A DNA stretch of 64,000 bases from the UHGV virus genome UHGV-0171999, one strand, 5' to 3'. The notes below the pieces were generated by a model. The model saw only the letters and a program-made list of their open reading frames with translations, had not been told where the DNA came from and searched no databases. Below, piece by piece: positions 1 to 12,297 of the stretch. The DNA comes from a virus. Every line of letters begins with the position of its first letter. Within the stretch, counting starts at the first letter, position 1. A program made the position numbers and the translations under genes.

Positions 1-1
1 T

Positions 2-268
2 AAGAAAGAAAAGGATGAAATAGCAAAGCTTCTTGACCGCCAAGAAAATGGATTTATTATTGAAAAAATGGTAGAAGAGTTTGGAATGAGTTATCTTGAA
101 GCTACGACAGCATTCTTGGAAGAAAATTCTATTCCTGAAACTCAATTTGCTAAATTTATTCCTTCGGGTATAATTGAAAAAATTCAGTCAGAAGCTATTG
201 ACGAAAATCTTTTACGTCCTTCTGTTGTTCGTTGTGAAAAAACTAATACATTAGATTTTCTACTATGA
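2..268 (+). CDS. 33: gp33 late-transcription accessory protein, C-terminal part (5' end lies before window start)
   Basis: Open frame from position 2 with no stop; stop TGA overlaps the gene 59 start (ATGA); position upstream of 59 as in T4. Confidence 0.7.
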   Translation, partial: KKEKDEIAKLLDRQENGFIIEKMVEEFGMSYLEATTAFLEENSIPETQFAKFIPSGIIEKIQSEAIDENLLRPSVVRCEKTNTLDFLL

Positions 269-918
269 TTAAACTCCGCATGCCTGCTGGTGGTGAAAGA
301 TACATTGATGGTAAATCAGTTTATAAATTATACTTAATGATAAAACAACATATGAATGGAAAGTATGATGTAATTAAGTATAATTGGTGCATGCGGGTGT
401 CTGATGCCGCTTATCAAAAGCGAAGGGATAAGTATTTTTTCCAGAAGTTATCAGAAAAATATAAATTAAAGGAACTTGCTTTAATCTTTATAAGCAATTT
501 GGTTGCTAACCAAGATGCTTGGATTGGTGACATCTCTGACGCTGATGCACTTGTGTTTTATCGTGAATATATCGGACGCTTAAAGCAAATTAAATTTAAG
601 TTTGAAGAAGATATTCGCAACATTTATTATTTTAGTAAAAAAGTTGAAGTTTCTGCTTTTAAAGAAATCTTTGAGTATAATCCAAAAGTTCAATCAAGTT
701 ATATTTTTAAACTACTTCAATCGAATATAATTTCGTTTGAGACGTTTATCTTGCTTGATTCATTTTTAAATATAATCGATAAACATGATGAACAGACTGA
801 TAATTTAGTCTGGAATAATTATTCTATAAAGTTAAAGGCTTATAGAAAAATTTTAAATATTGATTCACAGAAAGCCAAAAGTGTTTTTATTGAAACTGTG
901 AAATCTTGTAAGTATTAA
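265..918 (+). CDS. 59: gp59 helicase-loading protein
   Basis: 217 aa, same length as T4 gp59; sits between 33 and 32. Confidence 0.85.
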   Translation: MIKLRMPAGGERYIDGKSVYKLYLMIKQHMNGKYDVIKYNWCMRVSDAAYQKRRDKYFFQKLSEKYKLKELALIFISNLVANQDAWIGDISDADALVFYREYIGRLKQIKFKFEEDIRNIYYFSKKVEVSAFKEIFEYNPKVQSSYIFKLLQSNIISFETFILLDSFLNIIDKHDEQTDNLVWNNYSIKLKAYRKILNIDSQKAKSVFIETVKSCKY

Positions 919-1016
919 TTGCTTATTATAAATAGATTATAATTATCTCACTGACCAGCTATGAGGTCATACATCGTCATAGCACCAACTGTTAATTAAA
1001 TTAAAAGGAAATAAAA

Positions 1017-1925
1017 ATGTTTAAACGTAAATCTACTGCTGAACTCGCTGCACAAATGGCTAAACTGGCTGGAAATAAAGGTGGTTTTTCTTCTGAAGAT
1101 AAAGGCGAGTGGAAACTGAAACTCGACAATGCGGGTAACGGTCAAGCAGTAATTCGTTTTCTTCCGTCTAAAAATGATGAACAAGCACCGTTCGCAATTC
1201 TTGTAAATCACGGTTTCAAGAAAAACGGTAAATGGTATATCGAAAATTGTTCATCTACCCACGGTGATTACGATTCTTGCCCAGTATGTCAGTACATCAA
1301 TAAAAATGATTTGTACAACACTGACAATAAAGAGTACGGTCTTGTTAAACGTAAAACTTCTTACTGGGCTAACATTCTTGTAGTAAAAGACCCAGCTGCT
1401 CCAGAAAATGAAGGTAAAGTATTTAAATACCGTTTCGGTAAGAAAATCTGGGATAAAATCAACGCGATGATTGCAGTTGATGTTGAAATGGGTGAAACTC
1501 CGGTTGATGTAACTTGTCCGTGGGAAGGTGCTAACTTTGTACTGAAAGTTAAACAAGTTTCTGGTTTTAGTAACTACGACGAATCTAAATTCCTGAATCA
1601 ATCTGCGATTCCAAACATTGATGATGAATCTTTCCAGAAAGAACTGTTCGAACAAATGGTTGACCTTTCTGAAATGACTTCTAAAGATAAATTCAAATCG
1701 TTTGAAGAACTGAGCACTAAGTTCAGTCAAGTTATGGGAACTGCTGCTATGGGTGGTGCCGCAGCGACTGCTGCTAAGAAAGCCGATAAAGTTGCTGATG
1801 ACTTGGATGCATTCAATGTTGATGACTTCAAAACAAAAACTGAAGATGATTTTATGAGCTCAAGCTCTGGCAGTTCATCTAGTGCTGATGACACGGACCT
1901 GGATGACCTTTTGAATGATCTTTAA
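1017..1925 (+). CDS. 32: gp32 single-stranded DNA-binding protein
   Basis: 302 aa; N-terminus [17 protein letters not shown] and acidic Ser/Asp-rich C-terminal tail typical of T4 gp32; AGGA-type SD upstream. Confidence 0.95.
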   Translation: MFKRKSTAELAAQMAKLAGNKGGFSSEDKGEWKLKLDNAGNGQAVIRFLPSKNDEQAPFAILVNHGFKKNGKWYIENCSSTHGDYDSCPVCQYINKNDLYNTDNKEYGLVKRKTSYWANILVVKDPAAPENEGKVFKYRFGKKIWDKINAMIAVDVEMGETPVDVTCPWEGANFVLKVKQVSGFSNYDESKFLNQSAIPNIDDESFQKELFEQMVDLSEMTSKDKFKSFEELSTKFSQVMGTAAMGGAAATAAKKADKVADDLDAFNVDDFKTKTEDDFMSSSSGSSSSADDTDLDDLLNDL

Positions 1926-1947
1926 TAGATTATATTACTAATTAATT

Positions 1948-1972
1948 GGGGACCCTAGAGGTCCCCTTTTTT
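1948..1972 (+). terminator. Rho-independent terminator after gene 32
   Basis: GGGGACC-CTAGA-GGTCCCC stem-loop followed by TTTTTT. Confidence 0.7.
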
Positions 1973-1996
1973 ATTTCAAAATTTTTTCACAAAGTT

Positions 1997-2026
1997 GTTT
2001 ACATCCCTGTTCTTCTATGGTATTAT
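1997..2026 (+). promoter_or_regulatory. T4 early-type promoter (GTTTAC -35, TGnTATTAT extended -10)
   Basis: GTTTAC at 1997-2002, 18-bp spacer, TATTAT at 2021-2026 preceded by TG; same architecture recurs at 2725, 11389, 14714, 17660, 18090, 26658. Confidence 0.55.
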
Positions 2027-2069
2027 ATAACTATTGGCAATACTGCTGATGATTAAAGAGGAAAATAAT

Positions 2070-2300
2070 ATGGCTAAAGTTGATATTGACATCGTTGATT
2101 TTGAATATATTGAAGAAATTATTCGTAATCGTTATCCTGAACTTAGTATCACAAGTATTCACGATGATCCCAATTATTGCAATTTTTCTATTGTCATTGA
2201 AGGTCCTCTTGAAGACCTCACCCGCTTTATGGCTAATGAATATTGTGATGGCATGGATTCTGAAGACGCAGAATTTTACATGGGACTGATTGAACAGTAA
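2070..2300 (+). CDS. hypothetical small acidic protein (frd.3-like position)
   Basis: ATG at 2070 with AAAGAGGA SD; track start 2034 is a TTG. Confidence 0.45.
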   Translation: MAKVDIDIVDFEYIEEIIRNRYPELSITSIHDDPNYCNFSIVIEGPLEDLTRFMANEYCDGMDSEDAEFYMGLIEQ

Positions 2301-2344
2301 TTATCAAGGGGCTATCAAGCCCCTATTAAAATGAGGAAAACGCA

Positions 2345-2725
2345 ATGTATACTGGTCGAAAGTATGAACTTGTTCCAAGACTTATTGATACATTTATTAA
2401 TTATAGCCCACGTTCTAATTCATCAATAGTTAAAGCTATTCGAGATAATGGCGGATGGTTTGAAGTTAAAGAAGTTTCCGTCGCTAATGGATATAAAGCA
2501 GTAAAACATATTGAATGTGCTAATGGAAAGCATTTTTACCTCAAAGATAGACTTTTAGAAATTTGCGAAGATGAATTTCATTGTTTCCGCGAGTATAAAG
2601 AACCGACTTCTGAAGAAGATGAAGTCGAAGACAAGGTTTCTGGCGTAACAAAAATTCACTGCATTGTTGACGAAAACAATGTAGATGAAATCATTGAACT
2701 TTTGCGAAAAACTTTCAAAAAGTAG
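2345..2725 (+). CDS. hypothetical protein
   Basis: 126-aa ORF with SD; stop TAG overlaps next promoter. Confidence 0.5.
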   Translation: MYTGRKYELVPRLIDTFINYSPRSNSSIVKAIRDNGGWFEVKEVSVANGYKAVKHIECANGKHFYLKDRLLEICEDEFHCFREYKEPTSEEDEVEDKVSGVTKIHCIVDENNVDEIIELLRKTFKK

Positions 2726-2754
2726 TTTACAGAAGGGTAGTAGTGTGATACTAT
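2725..2754 (+). promoter_or_regulatory. T4 early-type promoter
   Basis: GTTTAC at 2725-2730, TGaTACTAT at 2746-2754. Confidence 0.5.
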
Positions 2755-2779
2755 TACCCTATCAACTAAGGAGAATAAA

Positions 2780-3022
2780 ATGAGATTACAACGTCAGAGC
2801 ATTAAAGATTCAGAAGTTAAAGGTAAATGGTATTTTAATATCATCGGTAAAGATTCTGAACTTGTTGAAAAAGCTGAACGTCTTTTGCGTGATATGGGAT
2901 GGGAAGATGAATGCGATGGATGCCCTCTTTATGAGGATGGAGAAAGCGCAGGATTCTGGATTTATCATTCTGACGTCGATCAGTTTAAAGCTGATTGGAA
3001 AATTGTGAAAAAGTCTGTTTAA
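2780..3022 (+). CDS. hypothetical protein
   Basis: 80-aa ORF, AAGGAGA SD. Confidence 0.5.
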   Translation: MRLQRQSIKDSEVKGKWYFNIIGKDSELVEKAERLLRDMGWEDECDGCPLYEDGESAGFWIYHSDVDQFKADWKIVKKSV

Positions 3023-3032
3023 GGAAAATAAT

Positions 3033-3862
<830 letters not shown>

Positions 3863-3882
3863 AATAACACGTGGCGGAAAAT

Positions 3883-4230
3883 ATGAATTTTAATTATTAC
3901 CCTATTCTATTAGAAAAAGACGCGAAACAACCAAAATGGCAGGGTCCTCAGTTTATTAAAGGCGTCTATCAATTAGTAGTTCCTAAAGACAAGATTTATA
4001 GCAGTTGTTTCACTGAATCCGCTTGTAGTATTTTTGGTAATAGTTCTCCGTATTGGAATTTTGATATAAAACTAGATAGAAATATCGATATTTGGTTGAA
4101 AGCTATGGATATTGGTAATATCACGTTTGATGAGAATAATTATCATATTATTGGTCGATTTTCTAAGCGCGGTAAAGAATTATATTTCACGCCTGAAATC
4201 GAAAGAAAATTTGATGCTAAACCGTATTGA
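3883..4230 (+). CDS. hypothetical protein encoded in an insert between frd and td
   Basis: ORF with ATG at 3883 (track start 3871 is GTG); no recognisable motif. Confidence 0.45.
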   Translation: MNFNYYPILLEKDAKQPKWQGPQFIKGVYQLVVPKDKIYSSCFTESACSIFGNSSPYWNFDIKLDRNIDIWLKAMDIGNITFDENNYHIIGRFSKRGKELYFTPEIERKFDAKPY

Positions 4231-4274
4231 TTATTAGCTTCATAAAATGTATTATAATTTATATAAGGTACTAA

Positions 4275-5135
4275 ATGAAACAATACCAAGATTTAATTAA
4301 AGACATTTTTGAAAATGGTTATGAAACCGATGACCGAACAGGCACAGGAACAATTGCTTTGTTCGGTACTAAATTACGCTGGGATTTAACTAAAGGTTTT
4401 CCTGCAGTAACAACTAAGAAGCTCGCCTGGAATGCATGCATTGCTGAGCTTCTATGGTTTATTTCCGGTTCTACCAATGTTAATGATTTACGTCTTCGCA
4501 CTCATGGTAGTCTTATTCAAGGTAAAACTATTTGGGACGATAACTATGAAAACCAGGCTAAAGACCTAGGATATCATAGTGGTGAACTTGGTCCTATATA
4601 CGGTAAACAATGGCGTGATTTCGGTGGTGTGGATCAATTAGTTGAAACTATTGATCGTATTAAAAAATTACCAACTGATCGACGTCAAATCGTTTCAGCA
4701 TGGAATCCAGCTGAAATCAATCAAATGGCATTACCGCCCTGTCATATGTTCTATCAGTTTAATGTGCGTAATGGTTATCTTGATTTACAATGGTACCAAA
4801 GAAGTGTAGATGTTTTCTTGGGCTTGCCATTCAACATTGCCTCGTACGCTGCCTTGACGCATATTGTGGCTAAGATGTGTAATCTTATTCCCGGAGATTT
4901 GATATTTTCTGGTGGTAATACTCATATCTATATGAATCACGTAGAACAATGTAAAGAAATTTTGCGTCGTGAACCTATGGATTTATGCGAATTACAATTA
5001 AAATTTCCAGATGAATTTGATGAATGGAACACAGAATCGCAGGTATTTTGGTTGAGTCAATTCGCAAAGCCGCATAATTTTGTTCTTAACAACTACGTAT
5101 CTCACCCGCCAATTAAAGGAAAAATGGCGGTGTAA
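4275..5135 (+). CDS. td: thymidylate synthase, uninterrupted (no intron)
   Basis: 286 aa contiguous ORF; active-site region MALPPCH; full length in one frame. Confidence 0.95.
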   Translation: MKQYQDLIKDIFENGYETDDRTGTGTIALFGTKLRWDLTKGFPAVTTKKLAWNACIAELLWFISGSTNVNDLRLRTHGSLIQGKTIWDDNYENQAKDLGYHSGELGPIYGKQWRDFGGVDQLVETIDRIKKLPTDRRQIVSAWNPAEINQMALPPCHMFYQFNVRNGYLDLQWYQRSVDVFLGLPFNIASYAALTHIVAKMCNLIPGDLIFSGGNTHIYMNHVEQCKEILRREPMDLCELQLKFPDEFDEWNTESQVFWLSQFAKPHNFVLNNYVSHPPIKGKMAV

Positions 5136-5155
5136 TTTTATTATTGCGAGGATAT

Positions 5156-5419
5156 ATGATTTTACGATTTAAAGATACTTCTGGTGTAGTTCTTTTTACA
5201 CTTCCTAATCCAAGTGAGTTAGAAGTTCCAGGACCAGAACAGCCTATTACCATTTATGGTAAAAAATACTATACTCATAAAATGACTCGTGAGTATTTTG
5301 ATAATAAAATTTCTACAGTTAAAACTTCTTCAGATTGTTATTATGATATTACTGTTTTAACGGAAAAACAATATGACGAATTATCGCCGCGTGGGCCGTC
5401 TATGCCAGGTAGTGAATAA
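5156..5419 (+). CDS. hypothetical protein
   Basis: ATG at 5156 after GAGGA; overlaps next ORF by 47 nt so one of the two starts is uncertain. Confidence 0.35.
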   Translation: MILRFKDTSGVVLFTLPNPSELEVPGPEQPITIYGKKYYTHKMTREYFDNKISTVKTSSDCYYDITVLTEKQYDELSPRGPSMPGSE

Positions 5420-5699
5420 ATATAAATCCGACTTTGATGTTAATATTCACCGTGGTACATTTTGGGGGAATTACGTCGGTAAAGATGCTGGCAGCCGGGA
5501 GGCTGCCATTGAATTATTCAAAAAAGATTTTATACGTCGAATTAAATCCGGAGAAATAACTAAAGCACATTTAGAGCCTTTACGTGGAATGAGGCTAGGA
5601 TGCACATGTAAACCAAAGCCGTGTCATGGTGATATAATAGCTCATATAGTTAACCGATTGTTTAAAGACGATTTTCAAGTTGAGGACTTATGCAATTAA
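5373..5699 (+). CDS. hypothetical protein with CxC...CHGD motif (possibly DUF4326-like)
   Basis: 108-aa ORF; motif [13 protein letters not shown]; start codon uncertain. Confidence 0.45.
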   Translation: MTNYRRVGRLCQVVNKYKSDFDVNIHRGTFWGNYVGKDAGSREAAIELFKKDFIRRIKSGEITKAHLEPLRGMRLGCTCKPKPCHGDIIAHIVNRLFKDDFQVEDLCN

Positions 5700-7954
5700 T
5701 TAATGTTATCAAAAGTAGTGGTGTTTCTCAGAGCTTTGACCCGCAAAAAATTATTAAAGTTTTATCTTGGGCAGCTGAAGGAACATCTGTAGATCCTTAT
5801 GAATTATATGAAAATATTAAATCATATCTCCGTGATGGAATGACCACTGATGACATTCAAACCATTGTAATTAAGGCTGCTGCGAATTCTATTTCAGTTG
5901 AAGAGCCTGATTACCAATATGTAGCTGCACGCTGTTTAATGTTTGCTCTTCGTAAGCATGTTTACGGGCAGTATGAACCACGTTCATTTATTGACCATAT
6001 TTCTTACTGTGTAAATGAAGGTAAATATGACCCTGAATTGTTGTCAAAATATTCTGCTGAAGAAATTACATTTTTAGAATCAAAAATTAAGCACGAGCGG
6101 GATATGGAATTTACTTATTCCGGGGCGATGCAATTAAAAGAAAAATATCTCGTTAAAGATAAAACCACTGGTCAAATTTATGAAACTCCGCAGTTTGCAT
6201 TTATGACTATTGGAATGGCATTGCATCAAGATGAACCTGTTGATAGACTAAAACACGTTATTCGTTTTTATGAAGCGGTATCTACTCGACAGATTTCATT
6301 GCCAACTCCTATTATGGCTGGATGTCGTACTCCAACTCGGCAATTTAGTTCATGCGTTGTTATTGAAGCAGGTGATTCGCTGAAGTCTATCAATAAGGCT
6401 TCTGCTTCAATTGTTGAATATATCTCCAAACGAGCTGGAATCGGCATTAACGTTGGTATGATTCGTGCCGAAGGTTCTAAGATTGGCACAGGTGAAGTGC
6501 GTCATACTGGTGTTATTCCTTTTTGGAAACATTTTCAGACTGCTGTTAAATCATGCTCACAGGGTGGAATTCGTGGCGGCGCTGCTACTGCTTATTATCC
6601 TATTTGGCATTTGGAAGTTGAAAATCTTCTCGTTTTGAAAAATAACAAAGGTGTAGAAGAAAACCGTATTCGTCATATGGATTATGGCGTTCAACTGAAT
6701 GACCTAATGATGGAACGATTCGGAAAGAATGATTACATTACTTTGTTCAGTCCGCATGAAATGGGTGGCGAACTTTATTATTCTTATTTTAAAGACCAAG
6801 ACCGATTCCGTGAATTGTACGAAGCCGCAGAAAAAGACCCTAATATTCGTAAAAAGCGTATTAAAGCCCGTGAACTGTTTGAATTGCTCATGACTGAACG
6901 CTCAGGAACAGCAAGGATTTATGTGCAGTTCATTGATAATACGAATAACTATACTCCGTTTATTCGTGAAAAGGCACCTATTCGTCAAAGTAACTTGTGC
7001 TGTGAAATTGCTATTCCAACAAATGACGTGAATAGTCCTGATGCTGAAATTGGATTGTGTACGTTATCTGCATTTGTGTTAGATAACTTCGATTGGCAAG
7101 ATCAAGATAAAATCAACGAATTAGCAGAAGTTCAAGTTCGTGCTCTTGATAATCTTTTGGATTACCAAGGATATCCAGTTCCTGAAGCAGAAAAAGCTAA
7201 AAAGCGTCGAAATCTTGGTGTAGGTGTTACTAACTATGCAGCTTGGCTAGCAAGTAACTTTGCTTCTTATGAAGATGCTAACGATTTAACACATGAACTA
7301 TTTGAGAGATTACAGTATGGACTCATCAAAGCATCCATTAAGCTCGCCAAAGAAAAAGGACCTTGCGAATATTATTCAGACACTCGTTGGTCTCGAGGCG
7401 AATTACCTATCGACTGGTACAATAAAAAGATTGACCAAATCGCAGCTCCAAAATACGTTTGTGACTGGTCGTCGCTGCGGGAAGACCTTAAGCTCTTTGG
7501 CATCCGTAATAGCACATTATCAGCACTTATGCCATGTGAGTCATCTTCCCAAGTTTCTAACAGTACAAACGGTATCGAGCCTCCACGTGGACCAGTCTCT
7601 GTTAAAGAATCAAAAGAGGGCTCCTTTAATCAAGTCGTGCCCAATATTGAGCATAACATAGACCTATATGATTATACATGGAAATTAGCTAAGAAAGGTA
7701 ATAAACCTTATCTTACGCAGGTAGCTATTATGTTGAAATGGGTATGTCAATCAGCTTCAGCGAATACATATTATGACCCGCAGATTTTTCCAAAAGGAAA
7801 GGTTCCAATGTCAGTAATGATTGATGACATGTTATACGGATGGTATTATGGCATTAAAAATTTCTATTATCATAATACCCGTGATGGTTCTGGTACTGAT
7901 GATTATGAAATAGAAACTCCAAAAGCTGAAGATTGCGCAGCGTGTAAATTGTAA
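5690..7954 (+). CDS. nrdA: ribonucleotide reductase large subunit
   Basis: 754 aa, same as T4 NrdA; NLCCEI active-site motif and C-terminal CAACKL. Confidence 0.95.
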   Translation: MQLINVIKSSGVSQSFDPQKIIKVLSWAAEGTSVDPYELYENIKSYLRDGMTTDDIQTIVIKAAANSISVEEPDYQYVAARCLMFALRKHVYGQYEPRSFIDHISYCVNEGKYDPELLSKYSAEEITFLESKIKHERDMEFTYSGAMQLKEKYLVKDKTTGQIYETPQFAFMTIGMALHQDEPVDRLKHVIRFYEAVSTRQISLPTPIMAGCRTPTRQFSSCVVIEAGDSLKSINKASASIVEYISKRAGIGINVGMIRAEGSKIGTGEVRHTGVIPFWKHFQTAVKSCSQGGIRGGAATAYYPIWHLEVENLLVLKNNKGVEENRIRHMDYGVQLNDLMMERFGKNDYITLFSPHEMGGELYYSYFKDQDRFRELYEAAEKDPNIRKKRIKARELFELLMTERSGTARIYVQFIDNTNNYTPFIREKAPIRQSNLCCEIAIPTNDVNSPDAEIGLCTLSAFVLDNFDWQDQDKINELAEVQVRALDNLLDYQGYPVPEAEKAKKRRNLGVGVTNYAAWLASNFASYEDANDLTHELFERLQYGLIKASIKLAKEKGPCEYYSDTRWSRGELPIDWYNKKIDQIAAPKYVCDWSSLREDLKLFGIRNSTLSALMPCESSSQVSNSTNGIEPPRGPVSVKESKEGSFNQVVPNIEHNIDLYDYTWKLAKKGNKPYLTQVAIMLKWVCQSASANTYYDPQIFPKGKVPMSVMIDDMLYGWYYGIKNFYYHNTRDGSGTDDYEIETPKAEDCAACKL

Positions 7955-8595
7955 TGAATTATCAAAAAATCTATAACGACCTAATTTCCCGAGCTCAGGC
8001 TCGGGAATCTTTATCAGAATATAAAGAGACACATCATATAATCCCTAAATGTATGGGAGGTTCTGATGATAAAGAAAATTTAGTTGAATTAACAGGTAGA
8101 GAGCATTTTATAGCTCATTGGCTTTTATGCAAAATATATGACACGCCAGGATTAAAGAAAGCTTTTGGTTTAATGTGCTTGACTGGTAAAAATCGCTCAT
8201 ATAAAATTTCTTCTCAACTATACGAATTAGGTAGACGACGTTTATCTGAAGCTGCCATAGGACGTGAAGTTTCTATAGAAACCAGAGAAAAGATAAGTAG
8301 AGCTCTTAAAGGAAGGAAATTTACCAAAGAGCATTTAGCTCGCATGAGAAAACCTAAAACCGAAGAAGCTAAAAAGAATATAGCTGCTGCTAAAGTCGGC
8401 GTGCTTAATCCGATGTATGGTACAATCTCTCCGACAAGAGATGTTCCTCATACTAAAGAAACTCGTGATTTGATTTCTTTGAGAACTAAGCAAGGTACAG
8501 AGTATCCGCCTTGTCCGCATTGTGGCAAGAAAGTTAATAAAGGCAATGCTTTAAGATGGCATTATGATAAATGTAAATTTAAGGATTCTAAATGA
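7954..8595 (+). CDS. mobE: free-standing HNH homing endonuclease (mobE-like)
   Basis: N-terminal HNH motif ETHHIIPKCMGG...NLVELT..EHF.AHWLL; start overlaps nrdA stop (TAATG) and stop overlaps nrdB start (ATGA); T4 mobE occupies this position. Confidence 0.75.
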   Translation: MNYQKIYNDLISRAQARESLSEYKETHHIIPKCMGGSDDKENLVELTGREHFIAHWLLCKIYDTPGLKKAFGLMCLTGKNRSYKISSQLYELGRRRLSEAAIGREVSIETREKISRALKGRKFTKEHLARMRKPKTEEAKKNIAAAKVGVLNPMYGTISPTRDVPHTKETRDLISLRTKQGTEYPPCPHCGKKVNKGNALRWHYDKCKFKDSK

Positions 8596-9770
8596 GTACA
8601 GTTTTTAATACATCCCCTGTTAATATTTTAACTGAGCCGATGTTTTTTGGTTCTGGATTGGGTTTAGCTCGATATGATATTCAACGACATAGAGTATTTG
8701 AAGAACTTATTGAGAAATCTTTATCATTTTTCTGGCGTCCTGAAGAAGTAAACTTAATGATGGATGCTGCGCAATTTAACAAGCTTCCTCAGTATCAGCA
8801 AGATATTTTTACTAATAACCTGAAGTATCAATCACTTTTGGATAGCATTCAGGGTCGTGCACCGTCTGCTGTACTTATGTCATTAATTTCAGACCCAAGC
8901 CTTGATACATGGGTTGCTACGTGGACTTTTAGTGAAACTATTCACAGCCGTTCATATACACATATCATGCGAAATCTTTATACTGATCCATCGAAGGTAT
9001 TTGATGAAATTGTATTAGATGAAGCTATTATGAAACGTGCTGAATCCATTGGACGTTATTATGATGATGTTCTGATTAAAACCCGTGAATGGGAAAATGC
9101 TAAAGAATTTGTAGAACTAGCTAAAGAATCTCCTGATGCTGATTTTCGTTTAAATCGAGCTATTAAACAAGAAGCCGAAGCTAAACGTGCTTTAATGAAA
9201 TCTCTTTACCTCTGCTTGCATGTAATCAACGCATTGGAAGCTATTCGTTTTTATGTATCTTTCGCATGTACCTTTAACTTCCATAAGAACATGGAAATCA
9301 TGGAAGGTAATGCCAAGATTATGAAGTTCATTGCTCGTGATGAACAGCTTCACCTTAAAGGCACTCAATATATTATTCGTCAACTTCAACTTGGCACTGA
9401 TGGTGATGAATGGGTTAAAATTGCTCAAGAGTGTGAACAAGAAGCAGTTGATATTTTCATGGAAGTTAACCGTCAAGAAAAAGACTGGGCAGTTCATTTA
9501 TTTAAAGATGGTGATGTTCCTGGATTAAATACAAATAGCATGTGGAGCTTTATTGATTACTTAACTGTATCTCGTATGAAGCAGTGCGGTCTTCCGTGCC
9601 CAATTACCGATGCTCCGGTTAAACATCCGTATCCTTGGATTCGTGAATATCTTAATTCTGATAATGTTCAATCCGCGCCACAAGAAGTAGAACTGTCATC
9701 TTACCTTGTTGCACAGATTGATAATGATGTTGATGATAAAGTTATGATGAGTTTTAAAAAATATTTTTAA
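8592..9770 (+). CDS. nrdB: ribonucleotide reductase small subunit, uninterrupted (no intron)
   Basis: 392 aa contiguous; ferritin-like di-iron motifs (EAIRFYVSFA, ARDEQLHL). Confidence 0.95.
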   Translation: MSTVFNTSPVNILTEPMFFGSGLGLARYDIQRHRVFEELIEKSLSFFWRPEEVNLMMDAAQFNKLPQYQQDIFTNNLKYQSLLDSIQGRAPSAVLMSLISDPSLDTWVATWTFSETIHSRSYTHIMRNLYTDPSKVFDEIVLDEAIMKRAESIGRYYDDVLIKTREWENAKEFVELAKESPDADFRLNRAIKQEAEAKRALMKSLYLCLHVINALEAIRFYVSFACTFNFHKNMEIMEGNAKIMKFIARDEQLHLKGTQYIIRQLQLGTDGDEWVKIAQECEQEAVDIFMEVNRQEKDWAVHLFKDGDVPGLNTNSMWSFIDYLTVSRMKQCGLPCPITDAPVKHPYPWIREYLNSDNVQSAPQEVELSSYLVAQIDNDVDDKVMMSFKKYF

Positions 9771-9797
9771 GGAGTGGGCCGCAAGGCCCGTTTTATT

Positions 9798-9800
<3 letters not shown>
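9771..9800 (+). promoter_or_regulatory. Translation initiation region of denA with a hairpin between SD and start codon
   Basis: GGAG (9771-9774), stem-loop GGGCC-GCAA-GGCCC (9776-9789), ATG at 9798. Confidence 0.45.
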
Positions 9801-11385
<1,585 letters not shown>

Positions 11386-11388
11386 GCT

Positions 11389-11442
11389 GTTTACAAGTCC
11401 CTCGTGTTGTGTTATAGTAGACTTACTGACATAACATGAGGA
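11389..11442 (+). repeat. 54-bp promoter-leader direct repeat, copy A (early promoter GTTTACA...TATAGT plus leader to SD)
   Basis: Matches 26658-26711 at 53 of 54 positions (c at 11400 vs t at 26670). Confidence 0.85.
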
Positions 11443-11446
11443 CTTT

Positions 11447-11953
11447 ATGATGGATTTACAGCTTATTACTACTGAGATGGTCGTTGAAGCATACGGTGAT
11501 ACTACAGATGGGATTTCTGTATTTAAAGGAAATCGTCGAGTTGGATATATCACCGATCTTAAGAAAGATTTAGCTAAGCAAGTCAAGCGGAAAACGACCA
11601 TTAAAGAATATCGAAATCGTCGTCTTGAGCAAGCCCGTGATATGCTTCCTGATGCGGTTGAAGAGATGAAAGTCTTTTTAGAAAATCAACTCGCTAAGTA
11701 TGAGTGCGAAGTATTCATTAATCAGACTCAACCTAATGTTCATATCAATAACTGTAAATGCTATATCATCGTTAATCCTTTGACGGGAAAACATCGTCTT
11801 GGAATTAGTAATCCAAATCGTAGCGCGTCGGATATAGCAGAAGATGTTGAGGCATGCTTTAAAATTTCTAAATCTCCGGCTGAACATCATATTTTAATTA
11901 ACGGTCTTTCTCAAGACGATATTATAGAGGTTATTAAAACTTTATGCAATTAA
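11447..11953 (+). CDS. alc: probable Alc (host transcription-shutoff protein), by size and position
   Basis: 168-aa ORF directly after rnlA, where T4 has alc (167 aa); sequence identity not verified. Confidence 0.5.
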   Translation: MMDLQLITTEMVVEAYGDTTDGISVFKGNRRVGYITDLKKDLAKQVKRKTTIKEYRNRRLEQARDMLPDAVEEMKVFLENQLAKYECEVFINQTQPNVHINNCKCYIIVNPLTGKHRLGISNPNRSASDIAEDVEACFKISKSPAEHHILINGLSQDDIIEVIKTLCN

Positions 11954-12297
11954 GTAATACGACAGCAGGCTTGCTATTAATTGTAATTGCATTAGGCGGA
12001 ACTTCTTTAATTTTAAAAAATAAAATTGAAAGATTAGAAACGTCTGTTGTAGAAATTACAAAAACGGCCAATGAAAACGCTTTAGCATTAGATAATTTGC
12101 GAATTCAGTATAATTATATTGATGCGATGAATAATAAAAATCGTGAGGCAATTGCTGCTATTGAGCGTGAAAATGAAAAACTGCGCAAAGACGCAAAGAA
12201 GGCGGATGTGGTGGCTCATAAGCCAGGATTGGTTGAAAAACAAATCAACAACTCCTTCAACAAGTTCGCAGAAGACATCCAGGACCTTTCTAAATGA
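11944..12297 (+). CDS. putative i-spanin (pseT.3-like)
   Basis: N-terminal transmembrane segment (TAGLLLIVIALGGTSLIL) then coiled-coil-like periplasmic domain; overlaps next ORF. Confidence 0.55.
   Translation: MQLSNTTAGLLLIVIALGGTSLILKNKIERLETSVVEITKTANENALALDNLRIQYNYIDAMNNKNREAIAAIERENEKLRKDAKKADVVAHKPGLVEKQINNSFNKFAEDIQDLSK

Noticed and set aside
996-1730. Minus-strand ORFs (996-1211, 1251-1730) inside gene 32
   Set aside because: Antisense shadow frames within a confidently identified gene; no SD and low-complexity translations.
9774-9797. GTG start at 9774 for denA
   Set aside because: It would place the start codon next to the SD and translate through a stable hairpin; the ATG at 9798 gives the T4 length of 136 aa.
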